Made by a program: the position numbers and the translations under genes. Below the pieces are notes generated by a model. It had not been told where the DNA came from, made no database searches, and was given only the letters and a program-made list of their open reading frames with translations. Positions 24,119-35,000 of a stretch of 64,000 nucleotides of DNA are shown piece by piece (within the stretch, counting starts at the first letter, position 1; the number at the start of each line of letters is the position of its first letter). Source of the stretch: an uncultured delta proteobacterium (GTDB lineage Bacteria; Myxococcota; Myxococcia; SLRQ01); NCBI GenBank assembly GCA_963727485.1, contig CAVSGM010000011.1, forward strand, positions 672,001 to 736,000, written 5' to 3'.

Positions 24119-26908
24119 GGCGTACAGGTGGGACTGGAAGGGGTGTTGGTGAGCGAGCATGCAAGGTGCGCCGCCATCACGCTCCAGTCGTCGGTGTCGC
24201 TTAGCGTTCGGTGCACGACACCGTCGGCAATGGGCAGAAACATGATGCTCGAGTTGCCTGCGTACTCATGTGCTTCCCGGAGGTTGTCATCCTGCCCCGC
24301 CTCGAAGAGCAGGCTGGGCGCCCCGGAGATTGTTTGCCATTCATTCCAGAGATAAAACGCCGGCTGGCTGAAGTCGAGCGCCCGCGGTGAGGACGAACGA
24401 TTGCCCTGCGACTGCTTCATCAGGACGCCGAAGTTGGGCTGATTCCAGACAAGATAGAAGCGACCGTCGTCAAAGTTGGTGTTACTGCGGCTGAAGGGCA
24501 TATAGGCCAGGGCGGGACGCGCCTGCACCAGTACGTAGGTGGAGGGAGTGCCGAAAATGGTGGAGGGATACCTGTACCAGACGCCGGTACTTTCTTGTCT
24601 GGCGAAGTCGACGAGGTAGCTGCCGGCGGCGGAGTACGGGGTCGCTTCGGGGATCGCGGCGAACAGGCGGCCGCTGCTTTCGCCATACAGGTATCCGGAC
24701 GTGAGGCCGATACCGGTGGTGGCGTTGGGGACGATGTCCGTGCCATCCGTCCACTGCTCGGGGCTTGCACTCATCGTCCAGGTATCCGTGAAGATGTCGT
24801 AGTCCCAGCGCCGCAGCTTGCCGCCAGCCGTCGCGTACACGCGCATCGCTCCGTTCCAGCCCGCCAAGGCGGGCGCGCTCGTGGCCGTGAGGCCCCCCAT
24901 AGGAAGTGCCTGCGGGGCTTCCCAGGTTGTCACGCCCGCCGAGCGAGTCGCTCGTTGGGAGACCAACGCGCCATCGGAGCTCCGAACGTACACCAGGAGG
25001 AGCGCAAACTGGCCGGTGTCGAAGTCGAGATACCCCTGTGCGGCTGGAGCCAGCGACGTGGGCACGCTGTTCGAAATCAGGGTGCCACGAGAGCCGGCGT
25101 TGGGTGACCAGGTGACGCAGGGGCCGTTTACGGGTGCGTTGCCGACGTCAGTGGAGCAATCAGCCATGGACGATGTCGAGCGCCACTCGAGCTGGTTCAG
25201 GCGATCGGGGTCGCCGGACCGGTCAATCAGGTAGAGCCAGCCGTTCAGCCGGGCCAGGACCGGGTCTTGCGAAACCTGGTCCTGGCCCTGATTGATACCG
25301 GACACGCGGTCGGCCCCCGTGTCGCATCCGCTCGGCGCGTAGGCAATCGTCGGGGCCCCTGGAGCGAGCGTCCCGGCGGGCTCCACCTGCCCGTCACGGT
25401 CCCAGTCGATTCCACCATTCGCGTCCGGTGTGAGATGCCACATCTGTTCGAACCAGGACTTCTGCGCTGTAGTCATCGTGCCCAGGCCGGTGCTCTCATC
25501 CAGGGCCTGCGGGTTGAGATCGGCGTGCGAGCCATCGGAGAACGTCGCCACGTCCCAGGGGGCGTACTGTTAGGCGTAGTTCATGATGCTGGGGTAGTTC
25601 GGCTTGCAGTTTGAATCGCCGTGCTCCGGCGAGCCGCCGTGGGTGATGTAGAGGTTGTGACCGAGCTCGTGGGCCATGTTGCGGCCCAAGATGGATGCCG
25701 GCCGTGCACAGTGACCTGGCGTGTCGCCTTGGCCACCGCCATTGTAGCCCGTGACGAGAACATGGTGGAAGAACCCGAGGCGGCCGAGATTGCCTAGCTC
25801 GGTCTCACAGCCATTCTCGTGGTCCATGCCCCCGGCTGGCTTTGTCGCCAGCCGTTCGGATCCTCCAAAGTCGTTCCAATCGGTGCTCGCACCGTTCGCG
25901 GCGGCGTAGTCGACGTGAACATGGACGGGCGTGCCCGTGGGACCACTTCGATAGTACTCCACCAGATCCTGAACCTGGACGGGAGGCGGTTTGAAATAGT
26001 CGATGCCTTCGCTACACGTCGAGCCGTCCGGGTTCTTGCACTCCTTCCAGTCCAGCTCCACGAACATGTCCGGCTGCGTCGGGTCGGCGCCCCAGGTGCC
26101 CAGCTTCACCGGAGTCGGCCCGTCGATGCCTATGAACTCGTCGCCGTCCTTGAGGCCGTCTCCGTCAGTATCGGGGTTGCAGGGGTCCGTGCCTATCATC
26201 GCTTCGAGCGCATCCGACAGGCCGTCGTTGTCGCAAGCGGGCGAGTGCGCGTCCTCGTCGATGATCAACCGCACCGGACCGGTGACTTGGCCAGGGTAGC
26301 CGCCGACGGCGATCCGGCAGTTCGGGCAGTCGACCGGAAGGTCCTTTAGCGCCTGGTACCCGACGCCCGTGTCGTCGTCTCCCGCAATCGCGTTCCCCGC
26401 GCTGCCGCTCGTGACGATCAGCATGGTATCCGAGGGCCCGGTGAGCTGCTCGACCGTCTGTACGCGCGTGAGCGCTGCGAGCCTGTTTAAGGGCCAGGAG
26501 CTCGCTCCGCCCAGCGAGATCGGCGTGTAACTTGAAGCGCTGCCGACCGTGATTCTCAGCGTGGCGGTGCCGTTGTCGTACTGCGAGTAGGCACGGGTGA
26601 CGACGATCAAAAGTCGAACGGAAGATCCTCCTGGGATAGTCACGAAGGAGGCCAAGGTCCCGCCGGAGTCGTCGTTCCCGGCGATCGGGTTCCAGCTCGC
26701 GTCGAAGACGTTGATCACGGAGTCCGCGCCAGAGCTGAAGATTCAATGTCTGGATCGTCACACTGGTGAACAAGGGTTGGGTGACGTAGTCCACCCTGAA
26801 GGGCGAGGCCGTGACGGGCTGGACGGTGGCATATCCCGCGTAGGCAGGCGAGGCGTTGGCGGCAAGGGCGAACGCAAGGGCAAGCGCGAAGAGGTTTCGC
26901 CTGGTCAT
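24115..26908 (-). pseudogene. Large secreted metzincin-type metalloprotease (~930 aa if intact); frameshift ~26740 and in-frame TAA at 25570-25572
   Basis: Signal MTRRNLFALALAFALAANASPAYA; PPC-like repeats (IAGNDDSG, IAGDDDTG); Ca-binding DTDGDGLKDGDE; HELGHNLYITH plus Met-turn SIMNY; ORF 24115..25551 is in frame after the stop. Confidence 0.75.
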
Positions 26909-26910
26909 GG

Positions 26911-27501
26911 CTACTCCCCGAGGATCTGCCGCTTCAGGGCAGCGCGGCGCCGGCTTGCATCGGGCGTGGTCTTGTCGAAGAGCCCCTGCTCCTGGGCCTT
27001 CTGCAGATAGATCTGCTGCCGGGCCCGGTAGTCGGCCGAAGGCGGCGGCAAGGCCGGGCCCGGAGGTGGGACGTCGAGCGGCTCTCCGGCCTTGGCTGCC
27101 GTCTTGGCGCTGATGTCCCGAGGACCGAGATGCGCCGCGTCGACATAGCCTGCCGGCAGGACGAAGGGCTTTGGCTGGTTCGGATTGTCTGCCCGAGCCT
27201 GAACCTGATTCTGCCAGGGCTTCGTGGCCCCTACGGAGCAGTTCGGCTGCTTGGAAGCCGGATCCGCCTGGCTGGCGCTCGCCGTCGTGAGGGCGGACCC
27301 GCGTGTGGCCACCGTGGGCCTTGCCTTCGAGGCGCTCTTTCCGGTGCAGGCGACAAGGCTGAGCGCGGTGAGCAGCGCAAGCAGGGGAACGCTTCTGGTG
27401 GTCTTCCGTGTGGACGGTTGGCGGGACTTGCTGCGTCGACGCAACGCGCGCTCGCAAGCGAGCCCTCCCGGCGGCTGGTCAAAGAGAAGTCCTAGTGTCA
27501 T
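26911..27501 (-). CDS. Hypothetical lipoprotein (start uncertain)
   Basis: LLALLTALSLVAC lipobox; stop lies 2 nt before the protease ATG. Confidence 0.55.
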   Translation of the reverse strand: MTLGLLFDQPPGGLACERALRRRSKSRQPSTRKTTRSVPLLALLTALSLVACTGKSASKARPTVATRGSALTTASASQADPASKQPNCSVGATKPWQNQVQARADNPNQPKPFVLPAGYVDAAHLGPRDISAKTAAKAGEPLDVPPPGPALPPPSADYRARQQIYLQKAQEQGLFDKTTPDASRRRAALKRQILGE

Positions 27502-27666
27502 GCCCCAATCAGTAACAGAAGCTAGGGCTATGTATCGATTGGGGATGTCAGGAGACCCTCCATTCTGCAGCCCGATCAGGCTAGGTGCCTCGCGGTAGAG
27601 CCTACCGCATGGCCATACGGAGCACCTGCACGGAGGCGCCGGGGGCCGCGGCGCCGGGGGCCGGGC

Positions 27667-29305
27667 CTACTCGGTGGCCAGGGCCGCCCGGCGCTCGAGG
27701 TCGCGGATCACCGAGGCGGCGAGCTGGCAGACGTGCTGGTTCACCCGGTCGAGGTAGGTGATGAGGTCCATGTGGATCGCCGAGGTCTCGTAGGTCTCGG
27801 GGACCGCCTGGTGGAGCCGCTCGAGGTGGGCCTGGCGCAGCTCGGCCTCGATGCGCTCGAAGTTGTTCCGGTGACGCAGCACCTTGCGCGCCAGGGTCTC
27901 GTCCCGGGTGGAGTAGGCGGCCATGGCCAGGTCGAAGTTCTCGCAGACCTTCTGGTGGAGGTCGCGGATCTCCTTCCAGCCCTCGTCGGAGAAGAGCAGC
28001 CCCCGGGAGATCATCTTCTGGGCGAGCGGCAGGATGTTCTTGGTGATCACGTCGCCGGCGTTCTCGATGTAGTTCGAGAGGGTGATCAGCTCGAGCTCCT
28101 GCTCGGCCTGCTCCGGGGCGAGGTCGCGCTGGGTGAGCTGGGCCAGGTAGAGCTTGATCTCGTTGTTGAGGATGTCGATGCGGTCGTCCCGGGACTCGAT
28201 GGCCGCCAGCAGAATCGACGTCGGTCTTCTCGAAGACGGTGATGGTGTCCTTGAGCATGTCGCTGGCGATGTCCGCCGCCCGGAGGAACTCCCGGGTGGC
28301 GTGGGCGAAGGCCAGCGCCGGGGTGTCGAGGGCCCGGCGGTCGAGGTAGCGGGGGCGGAAGACCTCGCCCGGGGGCGCCGGATGGTAGAGGCGCTCGAGG
28401 GTCCGGGCGGCGAGGTTGGTGAAGGGCAGGAACACCAGGGCCGCGGCGAGGTTGAAGATCGTGTGGGCGTTGGCGATCTGGTGGGCGAGGTCGGCGGAGG
28501 TCCACCGGGTGAGGACCATGAACGGGTGGAGGAGGAGCAGGGCGATGATGGCGGCGATGAGCTTGTAGACGAGGTTGGCCGCCACCACCCGCTTGCCCTC
28601 GGCGGAGGCGCCGACGCCGATGAGGATGGAGGTGAGCCCGGTGCCCACGTTGGCGCCAATCATCATCGGCAGGGCCACCGCCAGGGTGATGCTCCCGGAG
28701 AGCGACAGGGAGATCAGCAGGCCGATGGTGGCCGCCGAGGCCTGGACCACGCCGGTGAACGCCGCGCCCACCAGCACCGCCACCAGGGGGTTGTGGCCGA
28801 GGTAGCCGATGACCTCTTGGAACACCGAGGCCTGCTTCAGGGGCATGGTGGCGTCGCCCATCAGCTTCATCCCGAAGAAGATGAAGCCGAAGGCGAGGAT
28901 GAGCTGGCCGGTGTAGCGGACCCGCCGGCGCTTGGCGACGAAGCGGATGGCGAAGCCCACCGCCACCGCCAGGAGGCTCAAGTGGGAGACCTTGAAGGAG
29001 AGGATCTGGACGGTGACCGAGGTGCCGATTCCGGCGCCGAGGGTCACCGACATCGCCTGGGCCAGCGACATCAGGCCGGTGGAGACGAAGGCCACCAGCA
29101 TCACCGTGGTCGCCGTCGACGACTGGAGGAAGACGGTGACCGCGGTGCCCGAGAAGATGCCCAGGAGGCGGTTCTCGGTGAAGGTGGCGATGATCTGGCG
29201 CAGGCGGGCGCCCGCCACCAGCTGCAGGCTCTCCCGGGCCTGGCCGATGCCGTAGAGGAAGATGGCGAGGCCGCCGAAGAGGCCGATGACGTCGGACCAG
29301 CTCAT
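27667..29305 (-). CDS. Na+/phosphate cotransporter family protein with PhoU-like C-terminus, frameshift ~28212
   Basis: QSSTATT and QASAAT re-entrant motifs, GANVGT; C-terminus ETSAIHMDLI in ORF 27667..28659. Confidence 0.9.
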
Positions 29306-29406
29306 GGTCGCAGCTTCAACGGGCCATCGTAGACGCGGCCCGGATCCGCCTCAAGAAAACGGCGGCGCGCCGGCACCGGGCCCGGGGTGCCCGCAGGGAG
29401 CGGAGG

Positions 29407-31005
29407 CTACTCGAAGAGGGCCTCGACGAAGGCCTTGGGCTCGAAGGGGCGCAGGTCGCCGACCTTCTCGCCGACGCCGATGTAGCGCACCGGGAGCTTC
29501 AGCTCGTCGCAGATGCCGATGATGACCCCGCCCTTGGCGGTGCCGTCGAGCTTGGTGAGGGCCAGCCCGGTGAGGGGGACCACCTCGCGGAAGAGCTTGG
29601 CCTGCTGCACCGCGTTCTGGCCGGTGGTGGCGTCGACCACCAGGAGCACGTCGTCGGGGGCGCCCTCCCGGGCCTTGCCCATGACCCGGTGGACCTTCTT
29701 GAGCTCCTCCATCAGGGGCACCTTGGTGTGGAGGCGGCCGGCGGTGTCGGCGATGACCACGTCCGCGCCCTCGGCCTTCCCGTGCCGGATGGCGTCGAAG
29801 ACCACCGAGGACGGGTCCGCTCCCTCGGCGCCCCGGACCACCTCGGCGCCGACGCGGTCGCCCCAGACCTCGAGCTGCTCCACCGCCGCGGCCCGGAAGG
29901 TGTCGCCGGCGGCGAGGACCACCTTGAGGCCCCGGGCCGTGAGGCGGCCGGCGAGCTTGCCGATGGTGGTGGTCTTGCCCACGCCGTTGACGCCCACGAC
30001 CATGAGCACGTAGGGGCGCTGGGGGGCCTTGGTGGGATCGATGCCCTCGGCGCCGGCGGCGCCGTCCACCTGGAGCATCCCGGCAATCTCCTGGCGCACG
30101 GCGGCCTGGAGCTTCGCCGGGTCCTGGAGCTCGGCGCTCTTCATCGAGGCGCGGACCGTCTCCAGGAGCCGGGTCGCCGTGTGGACGCCGATGTCGGCGG
30201 TGAACAGGACCTCCTCGAGCTCCTCGAAGGCGTCCTCATCGAGCTTCTTCCCCAGGATCCCCGAGAGCCGGGCCACGAAGCCGCTCCGGGTCCGGGAGAG
30301 GCTCTGGGTGAGGGAGCCGCTGGGGGCGAGGAGGGCCTGCCGGCGGCGCTCGGCCTCCTCGGCCTCCCGGGCGGCCTGGGCCTCGGCCTCGGCCCGGGCC
30401 TCTGCCTCCGCCTCGGCGCGGGCGGCGGCCTCGGCCTGACGGGCGGCGGCCTCGGCGGCCTTCTCCTGGCGGATCCGCTCCTGCTCCTCGAGGAAGGCCT
30501 CCCGGCGCCGGGCCTTCTCGTCGGCGGGGGCGGCCTCACCCTCGGGGGCCGGCGGGCGCACGGTCGGCACGCCCTCGGTCAGGGCCTTCCCCGCCTCGGC
30601 CGGAGCCTCGCCGGCCTCGGGCTCGCCCCGGGCCTCGGGGGGCAGGGCCTCGTCGGTCTCGCTGGCAATCTCCGCGCGCCGGCGCCGCCGCGCCCGGAGG
30701 AGGGCGTAGACGAAGAAGAGGGCGACCACCGCCACCAGCGCGAACCCGAGGATCTCTCCGAGGGGCGGGGTCGCCGGGGCCGCCGCCGGGGGCGGGGCCT
30801 GGCCCGGGGACAGGGGCTGCACCGAGGTCTTCGGGGTGCCGTGGGGGGCGGCAGGCCCCGGGGCGCCGGGGGTCGGCGCCGGCGCGGCGGTCTTCGCCCC
30901 GGCGGGCGGGGCGGTCTTCGCCCCGGCGGGCGCGGCGGTCTTCGCCTCGGCGGGCGCGGCGGTCTTCGCCCCGGCGGGCGCGGCGGTCTTGGTCTGGGTC
31001 GGCAT
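29407..31005 (-). CDS. ftsY: Signal recognition particle receptor FtsY with N-terminal repeats and a TM helix
   Basis: GVNGVGKTTT, DTFRAAA, DTAGR, TKLDGTAKGG, IGVGE. Confidence 0.96.
   Translation of the reverse strand: MPTQTKTAAPAGAKTAAPAEAKTAAPAGAKTAPPAGAKTAAPAPTPGAPGPAAPHGTPKTSVQPLSPGQAPPPAAAPATPPLGEILGFALVAVVALFFVYALLRARRRRRAEIASETDEALPPEARGEPEAGEAPAEAGKALTEGVPTVRPPAPEGEAAPADEKARRREAFLEEQERIRQEKAAEAAARQAEAAARAEAEAEARAEAEAQAAREAEEAERRRQALLAPSGSLTQSLSRTRSGFVARLSGILGKKLDEDAFEELEEVLFTADIGVHTATRLLETVRASMKSAELQDPAKLQAAVRQEIAGMLQVDGAAGAEGIDPTKAPQRPYVLMVVGVNGVGKTTTIGKLAGRLTARGLKVVLAAGDTFRAAAVEQLEVWGDRVGAEVVRGAEGADPSSVVFDAIRHGKAEGADVVIADTAGRLHTKVPLMEELKKVHRVMGKAREGAPDDVLLVVDATTGQNAVQQAKLFREVVPLTGLALTKLDGTAKGGVIIGICDELKLPVRYIGVGEKVGDLRPFEPKAFVEALFE
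30881..30990 (-). repeat. 24-bp tandem repeat (~4.5 copies) encoding KTAAPAGA
   Basis: Unit gcgggcgcggcggtcttcgccccg repeated head to tail. Confidence 0.9.
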
Positions 31006-31111
31006 GGCGCGCGGACTCTATGACATCCGCCCGGCCGGCGGAAGCCGCGGGCCGGGGCCGCTTTCGCCCGCCGGTTCCAGGCGCTACCCTGGTCTCTCGG
31101 AGCCCCGCCCC

Positions 31112-31621
31112 ATGGCCGCACCCACGCGTCTTCTCGCCGTCCTCACCCTCGCCGCCGTCGCCGCGGCGGCCAGCCCGGCCCGCGCCGGCGCGCCGGCCCG
31201 GATCGACCTCGACGTGCAGGACGCCGCCATCGGCAACGTCCTCCGCCTCATCGCCACCACCGCCCACCTGAACCTGGTGGCCTCGGACGCGGTGCGGGGC
31301 CAGGTGACCCTCCACCTGCGCAACGTCCCCTGGCGCCTCGCCCTGAAGGTCGTGGTCCAGGCCAAGGGCTTCGCGGTGCGCCAGGAGGGCAACGTCCTCC
31401 GGGTCGACACCCCCAAGGCCTTCGCCCGGGAGGCCGAGGACGCGCTCCGCGCCCGGAGCACCGCCCGGGCCCTGGCGCCGCGGCGGGTCACCCTCATCCC
31501 GGTGAACTACGCCGCCGCCGCGCGCCTGGCGCCGAAGGTCCAGGCGGTCCTCGGGGACCGCGGCCGGGTCGACGTCGACGCCCGGACCAACACCCTGGTG
31601 GTGGTCACCGGGCGCCGGTAG
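31112..31621 (+). CDS. Secretin N-terminal domains only (PilQ-like N0 plus one N-domain), no beta-barrel
   Basis: Signal peptide; IDLDVQDAAIGNVLRLIA...VRGQVTLHLRNVPW; IPVNYA...VDARTNTLVV then stop. Confidence 0.8.
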   Translation: MAAPTRLLAVLTLAAVAAAASPARAGAPARIDLDVQDAAIGNVLRLIATTAHLNLVASDAVRGQVTLHLRNVPWRLALKVVVQAKGFAVRQEGNVLRVDTPKAFAREAEDALRARSTARALAPRRVTLIPVNYAAAARLAPKVQAVLGDRGRVDVDARTNTLVVVTGRR

Positions 31622-32024
31622 GGTCGGCGCCCGCCGCGGCCTCGGGCCAGTGGGAGAGGGCGACGAGGTTCCCCTCGGGATCCCGGAAGTACAGGGTGTG
31701 GCCGGTCTCCCGCTCGACGGCGACCCCGGCCTCGGTGAGGCGCGCCACCCACCCGTCGCGCTCGGTGGCCTCGACCCGCAGCGCCAGGCAGTGGTGCCCC
31801 GGGGCGTCGTCGCCCCGCCTGGGCCCCTCGGCCCCGGCGCGCTCCACGGCGAGGAAGCTGCCGTCCCCGAGGTCGAGCCACACCGACCGCGGCCGCCCGG
31901 CGTCGTCGTCCCAGCGGCGGATCACCCGGAGCCCCAGGACCCCGGCGTAGAAGCGCTCGGCGCCGGCGAGGTCGGTGACCAGCACCGCCAGGTGCGAGAG
32001 CCCCCGGGGCCCCGCGGGCCTCAC
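31605..32024 (-). CDS. VOC/glyoxalase family protein
   Basis: LSHLAVLVTDLAGAERFYAGVLGL; LYFRDPEGN. Confidence 0.9.
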   Translation of the reverse strand: MRPAGPRGLSHLAVLVTDLAGAERFYAGVLGLRVIRRWDDDAGRPRSVWLDLGDGSFLAVERAGAEGPRRGDDAPGHHCLALRVEATERDGWVARLTEAGVAVERETGHTLYFRDPEGNLVALSHWPEAAAGADPTGAR

Positions 32025-35000
32025 GCCGCCTCGCTCTCCTGCCCGGGCAAAGGCTCGCGCTCGCCGTCGTCCTCGTCCTCACGGAGGCGGACGCTCACCA
32101 GCTTCGAGCACCCGGGCTCCTCCATGGTGACCCCATAGAGGGTGTCGCCAATCTCCATGGTGGTCTTGTTGTGGGTGATGAGGATGAACTGGCTGCGCTG
32201 GGCCATCTCCCGGACGATGGCGTTGTAGCGACCGACGTTGTTGTCGTCGAGGGGCGCGTCGACCTCGTCGAGGAGGCAGAACGGCGTCGGCCGCACCAGG
32301 AAGATCCCGAAGAGGAGGCTCACCGCGGTCAGCGCCTTCTCGCCGCCCGAGAGCAGGTTCACGCTCTGGAGCTTCTTCCCCGGCGGCTGGGCGAAGATCT
32401 CGACGCCGGTCTCGAGCGGCTGGGAGGGATCGGTGAGGGCCAGCGACGCCTTCCCGCCGTTGAAGAGCCGGGGGAAGATCTTCTGGAAGCGCTCGTTGAT
32501 GAGCTCGAAGGTCTCCAGGAACCGCGCCTTGCTGGTCTTGTTGATCCGGTGGATGGCCTTGGTGAGCTGCTCCAGGGAGTCCTCGAGGTCGGCCTTCTGG
32601 GTGGTGAGGAAGGTGTGCCGCTCGGAGATCTCCTCGAACTCGGAGATGGCGGTGAGGTTCACCTCGCCCATCCGCTCGACCTTGCCCCGGAGCACGCCGA
32701 GGCGGTCGTGGTCGTCCTCGGTGGGCGGCGCCACCAGGTGCCATACGGTCAGGGCCTCGGCGAGGGTCATGGCGTGACGCTCCTCGACGCCCTCCTCGAG
32801 GTGGCGCAGCTCGAGCTCGAGCTCCCGGTCCTCGACGGTGAGCTGGCTGCGCGACTCGGCGGCGGCCTCGTGGCGCGTGCGCAGCGCGGTGAGCTGGTCC
32901 TCGTCGGTGGCGAGCTGCTTCGAGGCCGCGGACACGGTCTCCCGGGCCCGGGCGACCTCGGTGCGCAGCTTCCCCGCCTCGGCGACCAGGCGCTCGGCCT
33001 CGGTGCGCCCCTCGGTCATCCGGGAGTCGAGGTCCTCGAAGGTGGCGCCGCTGCCCTCGACCAGCCCCTGGAGCTGGGCGAGGCGGGCCTCGGTCTCGGC
33101 CCGGGTCTGGTCGAGGCGCACCCGGTCCTTGGCGGCGGCGTCCCGGCGCTCGGTGTCGCCGGCGGCCTTGACCCGTAGCTGGGTCACCTCGCCCTGGAGG
33201 CCCTGGTGCCGGGCCCGGGCGGCGGCGATCTCCTGCTCCAGGCCCTGGACCCGCGCCTGGCGGGTGGCCTGGTCCGACTCGGCGGCGGTGAGCGCCGCCT
33301 GGGTGCGCTCGGCGTCGGCGGCGAGCCCCTCGAGGCGCGCTTCCCGCTCGGCCCGGTCCCGGGCGAGGCCGGCGAGGCGCTCGTCGAGGCGCCCGAGCTC
33401 GTCGGCGACGCGCCCGAGCTCGGTCTCGTGGGCCACCAGGTTGAGCTGCTCGGCGTGGCTGTCCCGGGTGAGGCGGGCGAGGCCCTCGTCGAGGTTGGCC
33501 TCGCGCTCCTCGAGGCGCCGCAGCGACTCGGTCTCGACCGAGAGGGTCGTGGTGAGCCCGGCGACGGCCGCCTCGAGCTCGGTGACCTCGCGGCGGGTCT
33601 CGAGGAGCCCGGTGCCCGCGCCCTCCCGGGTGCCCCCGGTGAGGACCCCGGCGGCGGCGAGGACCTCGCCCCGGCGGGTGACGAAGGTGAGCCCCGGCCG
33701 CTCGGCGGCGAGGGCGGTGGCGACCGCGAGGTCGTCGACGACGACCACGTCGCCGAGGAGGAGCCGGGCGAGGTCGGCGTGGGCGTCGTCGGTGCGCACC
33801 AGGTCGAGGGCCGCGCCCACGACCCCGTCGCGCTCGGCCAGCGCCCGCGCCGACTGGGGATCGCCCCCGGGCACCAGGTCGGCCAGGGCCACGAAGGACC
33901 CCCGGCCCGCCCCCTCGGCCTCGAGCCACCCGGCGAGGCGCCGGGCGGTGTCGCCGTCGCGCACCAGGACCCACTGGAGCCGGGCGTCGAGGACCGCCTC
34001 CACCGCCTGCTCGGCGGCGGGATCGGCGTGGACCACGTCGGCGACCAGCCCGAGGATGGCCGAGGCGTCGACGCCCTCGATGCCGTCGTCCTTCTGGAGC
34101 ATCACCGAGCGCACGCCCTGGGCGTAGCCCTCGTAGTTGCGGAGGATGTCCTGGAGGGACCCCAGGCGGCTGCGCTTCTCGGCGAGGGCGTCCTTGAGCT
34201 CGGCGACCTGCTGCCGGCTGGTGGCGAGGTTCTCCCGGCAGGTCTTGAGGCTCAGAGCCTGGGCCTGCCGGTCCTCCTCGAGCTTGAGCTGGAGCTGGCG
34301 GGTGTCGTCGACGGTGACCGCCAGCTTCTCCCGGCCGGCCTCCAGCTCGGCGATCCGCTCCTCCACCGTGACCCGCTCGGCGTCGGCCTTCCCGGTGGCG
34401 GCGGCGAGCTCGGCGCGCTGGCGCTCGAGGGCCTCGAGGTGGCTCTTGCCCTGGGAGAGGGTGCGGACCACGTCCAGGGCGCCTTCGCGCTCGGCGTCGA
34501 GGAGCCCGGTGAGGCGCTCGACCTCGGCGGCGACGCCGGAGGCCTCCTCGGTGCGGGCGGTGAGGATCTCCCGGTCGGCGGCGATGAGGGCCTCGAGCTC
34601 GGCCAGGGCGGTCTCGGCGGCCTCGCGCTCGGCGGCGAGGGTCTCGAGGCGCCCGTTGAGCTCGGCGGCCTCGGCCCGGGCCTCCCGGGTGCGGACGTCG
34701 AGGCTCTCGCGCTCGCGGACCAGGCCGCTGACCCGCTCCTCGTGGACCTTCGCCTGCCCCTCGGCCTCGGTGGCGCGGTTCTGGATCTCGGCGAGGCGGG
34801 CCTCCTCCTCGGCGAGGCGCTCCCGGCGCCGGCGCAGGTCGGTCTCCAGGGTGGCGACCGCCTCGGTGGTCTCGGCGATCTCCCCGGTGGTGGCCTCGAG
34901 GCGGTGGGCGAGCTGGGTCCGCAGGGCGCTGACCTCGAGCCACCGGTGGGTGACGAGGTGGAGCTCGATCTCCTGGAGCTCGGCCTTGAGCTGCTTGTAG

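Larger units (their letters stand above)
22720..27600. mobile_element. Lower-GC accessory island with three minus-strand genes and no mobility gene
   Basis: Visibly more A/T, including at third codon positions, than the flanks; CTAGG at both edges (22716, 27581). Confidence 0.6.

Noticed and set aside
28190..28230. Programmed ribosomal frameshifting as the cause of split genes
   Set aside because: No slippery heptamers at the breaks examined, and these families are not known to be recoded; sequencing indels are simpler.
30881..30990. Tandem repeat as a possible CRISPR array
   Set aside because: Head-to-tail 24-mers with no spacers, in frame within ftsY, and no cas genes.
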